Source of the DNA: Candidatus Margulisiibacteriota bacterium
GTDB taxonomy: Bacteria; Margulisbacteria; WOR-1; O2-12-FULL-45-9
NCBI GenBank assembly: GCA_043816785.1
Contig: JBDRHP010000041.1
Location: 1-10,706 of the forward strand
Length of the DNA stretch: 10,706 nt
Direction of reading: 5' to 3'
This document shows, piece after piece, positions 1 to 6,483 of this stretch (its first letter is position 1; every line of letters begins with the position of its first letter). The notes beneath the pieces are model-generated. The model had not been told where the DNA came from. It was given only the letters and a program-made list of their open reading frames with translations, and did no database searches. Both the position numbers and the translations under genes were made by a program.

Positions 1-60
1 ATCTTCAATATTCGGCGGGATTAACCACTGTTGTCTTTGATTGTAATCTTTAAATTTCAT
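1..60 (-). CDS. 5' end of probable IS1182-family transposase (partial, runs off the left edge)
   Basis: Not in the ORF track. The minus strand from ATG at 60 reads MKFKDYNQRQQWLIPPNIED, matching the typical IS1182 N-terminus (FK.YNQ.Q..L.PP.LE). A strong RBS, GAGGTGAGGTG, lies at 76-66. Only 20 codons are visible. Confidence 0.7.
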   Translation of the reverse strand, partial: MKFKDYNQRQQWLIPPNIED

Positions 61-82
61 TTATTCACCTCACCTCAATTTT

Positions 83-124
83 ACCTCAAGAAACCGCGAA
101 GTTCATTCGCCGGTTTCTTGAGGT
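83..124. repeat. Sub-terminal inverted repeat (hairpin) inside the IS end
   Basis: ACCTCAAGAAACCG (83-96) and CGGTTTCTTGAGGT (111-124) are perfect 14-bp arms. An inner CGAA/TTCG pairing extends the stem. Confidence 0.85.
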
Positions 125-763
125 TATTGGACACCCTCCTCTGGGAGAAGGGGTTAGGGGATGAGGGTATTCGAGATCCTTCTGGGTGAGGGCTGCTAAT
201 ATTCCATTGATCGCATCCTGAATTCTTTCCTTCTCTTTCGCAGTCATCTTCCGATAAAAAGGCTTAGTTAACGGCAGGTCAGTAACAACATAGCAAGCCA
301 TTGGTTTAAGCCCAGTTTTTTTTGCTGCTCTAAAGAATGCCCTGTTTTCAAAATCAATGCCAATAATGCCTTTTTTCTTAAGCGCTAACATTCTCGCTTT
401 TGTCTCTTCATGAATAGAACCAACGGAATAAATATATTTTGCTCTGCCGGCAATGACTGTGTCGCCAACTTTCAAACCCTTATCCAGTCCCCCGATCGCT
501 CCGATAAAAACGAGCTCACAACACTTGGTCAATTTAAGCAGCTGGACAATATCAGCTACCGCGCTCTGAGTCATCGGAGCCTTGACAAATGTCAGACGCT
601 TAAAATTCGCCACATGATAACTGAGGATTGACTTATAATGTTTGCCCTGCTCACCCGTGATCTTTTCAAATTGTTTTGGAAAAACAATCGGGGAAATAAT
701 TACTCTTTTCCTGACAGCAGAAGGATTGATCCCAAAAAAGGCCTTAAAATATTCTTTCCTCAT
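86..763 (-). CDS. Nucleoside phosphorylase family (PNP/UDP-like) protein, compact; C-terminus reads through a repeat and the IS end
   Basis: Motifs VFIGAIGGLDKGLKVGDTVI, GIIGIDFE (cf. .V(D/E)ME) and YVVTD are typical of the PNP_UDP_1 fold. The tail PHPLTPSPRG-GCPITSRNRR is translated repeat plus IS sequence. Confidence 0.65.
   Translation of the reverse strand: MRKEYFKAFFGINPSAVRKRVIISPIVFPKQFEKITGEQGKHYKSILSYHVANFKRLTFVKAPMTQSAVADIVQLLKLTKCCELVFIGAIGGLDKGLKVGDTVIAGRAKYIYSVGSIHEETKARMLALKKKGIIGIDFENRAFFRAAKKTGLKPMACYVVTDLPLTKPFYRKMTAKEKERIQDAINGILAALTQKDLEYPHPLTPSPRGGCPITSRNRRMNFAVS
139..167 (+). repeat. BoxC-like repeat, short form, truncated by the IS
   Basis: CTCT-GGGAGAAGGGG-TTA-GGGGATGAGGG. 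The left hairpin arm is missing, replaced by the IS end. Confidence 0.75.
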
Positions 764-799
764 CCCAATTTTTTCCTTAACATCAATTTTTCTTTTATG

Positions 800-871
800 C
801 CCCTCTCCATTGAAAAATGTAGAGGGGTGCTAATCACAAAGTAATCAATTAATCTAAAAACCGGGGTGAGG
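800..871 (+). repeat. BoxC-like repeat, long form with 34-nt A-rich insert (copy A)
   Basis: Hairpin CCCCTCTCCATT-GAAA-AATGTAGAGGGG (800-827, one mismatch), insert 828-861, then CGGGGTGAGG (862-871). Confidence 0.75.
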
Positions 872-872
872 A

Positions 873-2234
873 TCACACCCTCTTGTGCTTCCACTTACCC
901 ACCTGGAACCAGCTGATCGTCATGACAGCCTGCGAAAGATAAGCGATCAGTATCGCCAGCCAGATACCGGTCAGGCCAAGCGAGGTAAAACGCGCCAGAA
1001 AAAAAGCCAGCGGGATCTGAATGACCCACAAAGTGATAAAGGTGATGACCAAAGGCGCGGTCGTATCCCCGGCGCCTGACATTGACCGGCCCAGGATCAG
1101 CGAAGGCGCGACAAATATCGTGCCCAGGGCAGCAATGCGCAGGAACTCAGAGCCTATCCTGACCACCTCAGGCTCAGTATTGAACATCATGACCAGATAC
1201 GGCGCCGCAAAAAGGAACATCAAACACATAAAGAACATGAAAACGGTGTAGTAGCCTGCCGCGGTCCAGGCGGACAAAAAAGCCCGGTCCAGCTGTTTGG
1301 CTCCCAGGTTCTGGCCGACCAGCGTGGCTGCGGACATACCCAGGGCAAAACCCGGCATCATGGCGATCATCCATAATTCCAGGCCCACACCGTAAGCAGC
1401 GACTGCAAAAGTGCCAAAGCTAGCCACCACTGAGATCAAAACAATGCCGACCGCGCCGCGCAAGGTCATCTGGATCGAGGCTGGAAAACCGATCAGCAGA
1501 ATTGAGCGAATGGCCTCCCAATCGATCTTAAAATATTCCACCTTGACATGGATGCGCGAGCGGCCGCGCAGCAGGACCTCTAAAGCCACCAGAGAACCAA
1601 GGGCACGAGAAATGACCGTGGCCAGGGCCGCGCCATTAACACCCCAACCCAGCCAGAAGATCATGATCGGATCAAGGACAATGTTCAGGACCGTAGCACC
1701 CGCCAGGATAAGCATAGGAGTGACAGCGTCCCCGGCGCCCTGCAAAATAGCAGAGATGAGGAAGCCGTAGAACATGACGATCACGCCAAGAAAAGTAATG
1801 CGCAAGTAGCTGGTGCCCAGCGCCACCACATCAGGCTGAGCGCCTAGAACTTCCAGTAACCAGGGAGAAACATAGTAGCCGATCACCGCAAAGATGATCG
1901 AACCAAAAAAGCCCAGGATCAACGACTGCATGGCCACGTTATCAGCCTTGTCCTTGTTCTTTTCACCGATCGCCCGGGCAACCTTGGCAGTTGTGCCCAC
2001 ACCAATGCCGATCATCACGAACATGACCACCATGATGATCTGGCCGCTCATGGCCACGGCTGCCAGCGCGGACGCACCCAGCCTGCCGACCCAGATCATA
2101 TCGACCACGTTAAAAGCGGTTTGCAGAACATTGCTGACGATCATGGGCACGGCCAAAAGAAAAAGCCCTTTGGTAATCGATAAGGTCGTCAAATCTCGTT
2201 CTTTTTGAAAGGTCTGAAAAAGTTTCTTTATCAT
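873..2234 (-). CDS. MATE family efflux transporter
   Basis: About 12 hydrophobic segments with MATE motifs (LAVPMIVSNVLQTAFNVVDMIWVGRLG, LQGAGDAVTPM, NIVLDPIMIF, VGQNLGA). Start chosen at ATG 2234 (MIKKL) with RBS AGGTG at 2245-2241. Confidence 0.93.
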   Translation of the reverse strand: MIKKLFQTFQKERDLTTLSITKGLFLLAVPMIVSNVLQTAFNVVDMIWVGRLGASALAAVAMSGQIIMVVMFVMIGIGVGTTAKVARAIGEKNKDKADNVAMQSLILGFFGSIIFAVIGYYVSPWLLEVLGAQPDVVALGTSYLRITFLGVIVMFYGFLISAILQGAGDAVTPMLILAGATVLNIVLDPIMIFWLGWGVNGAALATVISRALGSLVALEVLLRGRSRIHVKVEYFKIDWEAIRSILLIGFPASIQMTLRGAVGIVLISVVASFGTFAVAAYGVGLELWMIAMMPGFALGMSAATLVGQNLGAKQLDRAFLSAWTAAGYYTVFMFFMCLMFLFAAPYLVMMFNTEPEVVRIGSEFLRIAALGTIFVAPSLILGRSMSGAGDTTAPLVITFITLWVIQIPLAFFLARFTSLGLTGIWLAILIAYLSQAVMTISWFQVGKWKHKRV

Positions 2235-2245
2235 TTTGACACCTA

Positions 2246-2258
2246 TGATATAATAACA
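2246..2258. promoter_or_regulatory. Extended -10 TGATATAAT (+, 2246-2254) overlapping a possible minus-strand TGTTATTAT (2258-2250)
   Basis: The plus-strand site is a perfect TGnTATAAT in the 30-bp gap between divergent genes. The minus-strand match is weaker. Confidence 0.55.
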
Positions 2259-2264
2259 CACAGA

Positions 2265-3650
2265 ATGCGATCAATCATAGTGGTTCTATTAGTGGTATTT
2301 TTGTTCGCGCAACAGGTATCCGCATTTCCATCAAAAGAATTAAAGGAACTCTGGGATATTCCTCTCTACCAAATCGGCTACGACATCATCAAATCATATA
2401 AACAGGGTAATATTCAGGTCGAAGAGATCTATTATGAAAGCCGCAAATACAAAGAAAACCCTGTTAAGATCTTTGCCTATTATTGTTATCCAGCTGGGAA
2501 ACGCAATCTGCCGGCGATCCTCATCTCCCACGGCGGAGGCGGGTCAGCCAACCTTAGAGGGACAATAAATTGGGCCAAACGTGGTTACGCGGTTCTGACC
2601 CTTGATCTGCCTGGCAAGGGGCATCAAAGATGGGAATCTCGATCCAGCGGACCGGATATGGATGTGCCAATCCTTTTGCGCACCACGCCAAAGCCAGAGC
2701 TAAATTACCTGGTGCACGCGGTCGCGGCTGTACGCAACGGCATTACCTTCCTGACCCAGCGAGAGGAAGTTGACCCTAATCGTATTGGCATGATCGGCCT
2801 TTCCTGGGGCGGAGTTATCACTCTGCTAACCAATGGGCAGGATAAGCGACTAAAAGCCGCGATCAATGTTTTTGGCGCTGGGTACATTCCCGAAGGCAGC
2901 ACCTGGCAAGACCGCTTTGACGTAAAATCAAAAAAAGAACTGGAAGAGTGGTATTCCCTGATCGACCCGTCCAATTTTCTCAAAACCCAACACGCGCCGA
3001 TCCTTTTTATGACCGGGACAAACGATCATTGCTATTATCTGCCCACTTTCCAAAAAAGCTACGCGGAAGTTACTGCGCCCAAGAAACTCGTTTTAATCCC
3101 TAATCTCAGGCATCGCTTCATGCCTTATATGCAGCAAATCGCCTGGAACTGGTTTGATAACAAGCTTAAGACCGGAGGAAGTTTTCCTTTTGTTTCAGTA
3201 CAGTCGATCTTTAAGAAAGGTGATAACAAAATAATTGTGCCGGTGGTCGCTTCCGCAGCCAGCAGCATCAAAAACGCCACCTTATATTATGCTGTTGGCC
3301 AACCCAACCGCTGGACCAAGCTGGAATGGAAAAGCCTGGAGAGTTATCTTGAGGATGGCATCTATTACTTTGGCATACCGACTAAGCTGGTTCAGCCGGA
3401 TATGATGTTTTATGTCAGCATCAAAGACAGCAAAGGCTCCGTGGCTTCCACGCCAATTCGCTCGATCTTTAAGGTCCGTTTACGCGAGGGAGAAGACACT
3501 TATGCCATGTCCTCACCCATCCAGAAGATCAATGTCCACGAGCCGCCGCTGCAAGTGATGGGAATGAACCGTGTCCCGGAAATAATTAAGCTCTTCTTTT
3601 CGGAGCAGAACCGCTCTTATGAATTGATCCTGCCAAAGAAAAACTCTTAG
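2265..3650 (+). CDS. Secreted alpha/beta-hydrolase (acetylxylan esterase / dienelactone hydrolase-like) with C-terminal extension
   Basis: Signal peptide MRSIIVVLLVVFLFAQQVSA from ATG 2265 (the longer TTG start overlaps MATE). Motifs HGGGG, VDPNRIGMIGLSWGG (GxSxG), GTND and LRH give a candidate Ser-Asp-His triad. Confidence 0.8.
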   Translation: MRSIIVVLLVVFLFAQQVSAFPSKELKELWDIPLYQIGYDIIKSYKQGNIQVEEIYYESRKYKENPVKIFAYYCYPAGKRNLPAILISHGGGGSANLRGTINWAKRGYAVLTLDLPGKGHQRWESRSSGPDMDVPILLRTTPKPELNYLVHAVAAVRNGITFLTQREEVDPNRIGMIGLSWGGVITLLTNGQDKRLKAAINVFGAGYIPEGSTWQDRFDVKSKKELEEWYSLIDPSNFLKTQHAPILFMTGTNDHCYYLPTFQKSYAEVTAPKKLVLIPNLRHRFMPYMQQIAWNWFDNKLKTGGSFPFVSVQSIFKKGDNKIIVPVVASAASSIKNATLYYAVGQPNRWTKLEWKSLESYLEDGIYYFGIPTKLVQPDMMFYVSIKDSKGSVASTPIRSIFKVRLREGEDTYAMSSPIQKINVHEPPLQVMGMNRVPEIIKLFFSEQNRSYELILPKKNS

Positions 3651-3668
3651 AATAAAAGGAGGTGACAC

Positions 3669-3914
3669 ATGGCTGAACAAAACGAAGAATTCAAAGTTTC
3701 CGGTAAAGAACTGCAAAAGAAGGTCAAAGACCTGCTGCACGAAGGCAATATCCGCAAGATCACCATTAAGGATAAGGAAGGCAATGTTATCCTGGCGATC
3801 CCTTTGACGCTTGGTGTGATTGGCGCGGTGATCGCCCCGATCCTGGCCGCGGTTGGCGCGGTAGCCGCACTGCTGACCGAGTGCACTATCTCTGTCGAGC
3901 GCAAAGAAAAATAA
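3669..3914 (+). CDS. DUF4342-like small membrane-associated protein
   Basis: EEFKVSGKELQKKVKDLLHEGNIRKITIK ... IPLTLGVIGAVIAPILAAVGAVAALLTECTISVER fits the family pattern. RBS AAGGAGGTG lies just upstream. Confidence 0.85.
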   Translation: MAEQNEEFKVSGKELQKKVKDLLHEGNIRKITIKDKEGNVILAIPLTLGVIGAVIAPILAAVGAVAALLTECTISVERKEK

Positions 3915-3918
3915 GTGT

Positions 3919-5268
3919 ATGGATCTCTTTGACATCAATCTCAAGGACTATCAAAGCAAAAACGCGCCCTTGCCTTTTCGCATGGCTCCGCGGACCGTTG
4001 ATGAAATCGTTGGTCAGGAAGACATAATTGGCAAGGGAAAGCTGCTGCGACGGCTGATTGAAACTGATAAGGTAACGTCAGTTATCCTTTTTGGACCCCC
4101 AGGAACCGGCAAGACCGCAATTGCCCGCGTCATTGCAAACTCTACCCAAGGCCATTTTGAATGGCTGAACGCGTCAGTTGCCAAGGTTGATGATATCCGC
4201 CGGGTCAGTCTTGAAGCTAAAGATAGAATAAAACTCCACAAGAATAAAACCATTCTTTTCCTTGATGAAATCCACCGCTTTAATAAACTGCAGCAGGATG
4301 CCCTGCTCCCTGATGTTGAAGAAGGCAATATGATCCTGATCGGCGCCACCACAGAAAACCCCTTCTTTTACGTTAACTCCGCTCTAGTTTCACGCTCCAA
4401 TATTTTTGAGGTTAAACCATTAAGCGTTGATGATCTAAAAAAATTAATTAACAGAGCTTTAGCTGATAAGGAACGCGGTTTAGGCAATAAACAGATAAAA
4501 ATGGACAAAGAGGCCTTGGAACATCTGGCAAAGCTGTCAGATGGCGATGCCCGCCGGGCACTTTCCGCTTTAGAATTAGGCGTACTTTCAACCAAACCGG
4601 ACCTGCCTGCCGGCAAGGCAGGTAAAAAGGGAATGATCAACTTCTCTTTGAAAGTTGCTGAAGAATCCATTCAAAAGAAAGCTATTGTCTATGATAAGAA
4701 AGGCGAAGGCCATTATAATACGATCTCTGCTTTTATTAAATCCATGCGCGGGTCTGATCCTGATGCAGCCTTATATTATTTAGCCAAAATGATCTATGCG
4801 GGCGAAGATCCCAGATTCATTGCCAGAAGGATCGTTATTTGTGCCGCAGAAGATGTGGGCAATGCAGACCCCTTAGCTCTGGTTGTGTCCAACTCCGCCA
4901 TGCAGGTGGCTGAGTTTGTGGGTATGCCAGAAGCAAGAATTCCCCTGGCCCAAGCCGCAGTCTATGTTGCAACCGCTCCCAAGAGCAATGCTGCTTATCT
5001 GGGAATAGATAAGGCCCTGGAAGATGTAAAGAACAACCCTACCCTGGAAGTGCCCAAACATCTGCAGAACGCTGTTTATGATGGGGAAAAGAAAATGGGC
5101 AAAGGCAAGGGTTACAAGTACGCCCATGATTATAAGGATGGCTTCGTTGCCCTGGATTATCTTCCTGCTAAAAAGAAATATTACCAGCCCAAAGACATTG
5201 GCTTTGAAAAAAAGATCAAAGCGCGGATGGAAGAATTCATGAAAAGGATAAAACAGGAAGCAACCTAA
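3919..5268 (+). CDS. rarA: Replication-associated recombination protein A (MgsA/RarA AAA+ ATPase)
   Basis: Walker A GPPGTGKT, Walker B FLDEIHRFNKLQQD, GATTENP, ISAFIKSMRGSDPDAA, EDVGNADP, GMPEARI, APKSN, GYKYAHD. Confidence 0.96.
   Translation: MDLFDINLKDYQSKNAPLPFRMAPRTVDEIVGQEDIIGKGKLLRRLIETDKVTSVILFGPPGTGKTAIARVIANSTQGHFEWLNASVAKVDDIRRVSLEAKDRIKLHKNKTILFLDEIHRFNKLQQDALLPDVEEGNMILIGATTENPFFYVNSALVSRSNIFEVKPLSVDDLKKLINRALADKERGLGNKQIKMDKEALEHLAKLSDGDARRALSALELGVLSTKPDLPAGKAGKKGMINFSLKVAEESIQKKAIVYDKKGEGHYNTISAFIKSMRGSDPDAALYYLAKMIYAGEDPRFIARRIVICAAEDVGNADPLALVVSNSAMQVAEFVGMPEARIPLAQAAVYVATAPKSNAAYLGIDKALEDVKNNPTLEVPKHLQNAVYDGEKKMGKGKGYKYAHDYKDGFVALDYLPAKKKYYQPKDIGFEKKIKARMEEFMKRIKQEAT
4602..4622. 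repeat. 21-nt palindromic element inserted in frame in rarA
   Basis: CCTGCCTGCCGGCAAGGCAGG adds 7 codons (LPAGKAG). A related 20-nt copy lies at 8295-8314. Confidence 0.8.
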
Positions 5269-5296
5269 TTATCGATTGAATCATCAACCTAATCAT
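5261..5296 (+). repeat. Degenerate 12-bp tandem repeat, 3 units
   Basis: CAACCTAATTAT / CGATTGAATCAT / CAACCTAATCAT, overlapping the rarA stop codon. Confidence 0.45.
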
Positions 5297-5361
5297 CAAG
5301 CAAAAACAGCAATTATAAGGTTTGGGTCTTACAAGATATATTGGCAAAGAGGAAAAAACGC

Positions 5362-5787
5362 TTAAAGACCCAATTTCCTTCTTACTAATTTTACAAATTC
5401 GTCAGCTATTTGAATCGCAAATTTCGCTTCGGATTCAGAGATTAATTCCGGCTCATCATAGATCACACGATGTCTTTTCGATCTCATCATGTCTAAAAAG
5501 CGGGCTTTTTGCTCAAAATCTTTACCCAAGGAAAGCTCAATGAATTTTAATACAGTTTTGTGCTGATGTTCCCCTCTTGGACGGTATCCCTTGGAAAGCA
5601 TTAATGCCCTGCCCGCTTGCAGAACAGCATTATAAGCAATCGCAAAAGCCCAATCATAATCCTCTTTAAGGTTCTTTTGGGCGACTTTAAGATCTCTCCG
5701 CGCAAGCTTCATTTCTTTTTCTATTTGTTCGAGCGGAGCCTTAAAAGGGGATATTAAGTTTTTATTTTCTAAAGATTTGTAACTCAT
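5362..5787 (-). CDS. HEPN domain protein (putative toxin of an MNT-HEPN pair)
   Basis: Helical HEPN pattern (DWAFAIAYNAVLQAGRALM, HKTV, MRSKRHRVIYD). Overlaps the 3' end of the MNT gene. Start could be 5787, 5793 or 5799. Confidence 0.85.
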   Translation of the reverse strand: MSYKSLENKNLISPFKAPLEQIEKEMKLARRDLKVAQKNLKEDYDWAFAIAYNAVLQAGRALMLSKGYRPRGEHQHKTVLKFIELSLGKDFEQKARFLDMMRSKRHRVIYDEPELISESEAKFAIQIADEFVKLVRRKLGL

Positions 5788-6349
5788 TTTCATTCCCAAA
5801 AATCATTATTCTTTTGCTTTTGAATACATTCAAAATAAAGTGATTTTTTCTCTTGATTCTATCTACCACTTCTTTTTGAGAAAAGGAAACATAATTGATC
5901 GTTCTGCCAATCTTGTCCTCAACTTCATGCAGCGCTGCAACTAATTTATCCTGTTTAATATCGCCTATGATCATGAAATCAATATCACTGGTCTTGATTT
6001 CTTCACCTTTGGCAAAAGATCCGTAAATGAACGCGAATTTGATCCCCTTAATCTTTTTCAGTTTCTTTTTAAAAACATCCCCCAACCCTGCTGTTTTAAG
6101 CACTATATTCTTTATTTCATTATAAAGCGGGCATTTTTTGTTTAAGAAATAATAAACCAGGTTGCCAACTTTCTCAGAAGTAAAAAGCCTGATTTTTTCT
6201 AATTTGGTCAGTTCCCGGCGGATATTTCCCACAGGAAATCCCAAAATTCTTTCCAGTTCGCGCAAATAACATCGACTTCCAGGATTTGTGAAGTAATAGC
6301 TTAGAAGCTCTTTTCTTAGTTTAGATCGGGCAATCTCTAGAATATCCAT
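5762..6349 (-). CDS. Winged-HTH plus minimal nucleotidyltransferase (MNT) antitoxin
   Basis: N-terminal HTH (YLRELERILGFPVGNIRRELTKLEK) and the Pol-beta NTase motif YGSFAKGE...SDIDFMIIG. Confidence 0.9.
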   Translation of the reverse strand: MDILEIARSKLRKELLSYYFTNPGSRCYLRELERILGFPVGNIRRELTKLEKIRLFTSEKVGNLVYYFLNKKCPLYNEIKNIVLKTAGLGDVFKKKLKKIKGIKFAFIYGSFAKGEEIKTSDIDFMIIGDIKQDKLVAALHEVEDKIGRTINYVSFSQKEVVDRIKRKNHFILNVFKSKRIMIFGNENELQIFRK

Positions 6350-6357
6350 CTTTAATC

Positions 6358-6395
6358 TTGACTACAATTGTAGTCAACTTTGACTACAGTGTCAA
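6358..6395 (-). promoter_or_regulatory. Sigma70-type promoter (TTGACA-17-TACAAT) overlapped by a three half-site operator
   Basis: Minus strand -35 TTGACA (6395-6390), 17-nt spacer, -10 TACAAT (6372-6367). Perfect 20-bp palindrome TTGACTACAATTGTAGTCAA at 6358-6377 and a third TTGACTACA at 6380-6388. Confidence 0.85.
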
Positions 6396-6414
6396 GGATA
6401 AAACAATCCAAAAT

Positions 6415-6447
6415 TAAACGCGCCATAAACGAGACATGAACGCGACA
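6415..6447 (+). repeat. 11-bp tandem direct repeat, 3 units
   Basis: TAAACGCGCCA / TAAACGAGACA / TGAACGCGACA. Confidence 0.7.
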
Positions 6448-6483
6448 GTCCCTAAGCTAGTACAAGAAAATTAATCTGGAAAG

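Larger units (their letters stand above)
1..138 (-). mobile_element. Left end of IS1182-like insertion sequence; putative terminal IR GAGGGTGTCCAATAA (138-124)
   Basis: The GAGG-TGTC-type terminus resembles IS1182 ends and lies 78 nt upstream of the transposase ATG. It abruptly interrupts a BoxC-like hairpin at 139. The boundary is uncertain by 1-2 nt and the other end is not in the window. Confidence 0.6.

Noticed and set aside
762..782. Resemblance of the phosphorylase upstream sequence (AAGGAAAAAATTGGG) to the HEPN gene 3' end
   Set aside because: Short, gapped and A-rich; consistent with chance.
800..827. GC-rich hairpins (also 10290-10312 and 10340-10362) as intrinsic terminators
   Set aside because: No immediate U-tract in the direction of transcription. 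They are better explained as parts of the BoxC-like repeat, although a pausing or stabilising role is possible.
410..2208. Short alternative ORFs (410-631, 638-844, 642-833, 885-1079, 1021-1251, 1174-1374, 1411-1770, 1894-2208)
   Set aside because: Antisense or out-of-frame shadows of the phosphorylase-like and MATE genes, with no recognisable motifs.
2205..2264. Longest-ORF starts at 2205 (+) and 2261 (-)
   Set aside because: They would make the two genes overlap head to head. The signal peptide and RBS favour 2265 and 2234.
2705..5543. ORFs 2705-2983, 3513-3944, 3647-3904, 4014-4352, 4368-4670, 4873-5127 and 5322-5543
   Set aside because: All lie opposite well-supported genes and show no independent coding evidence.
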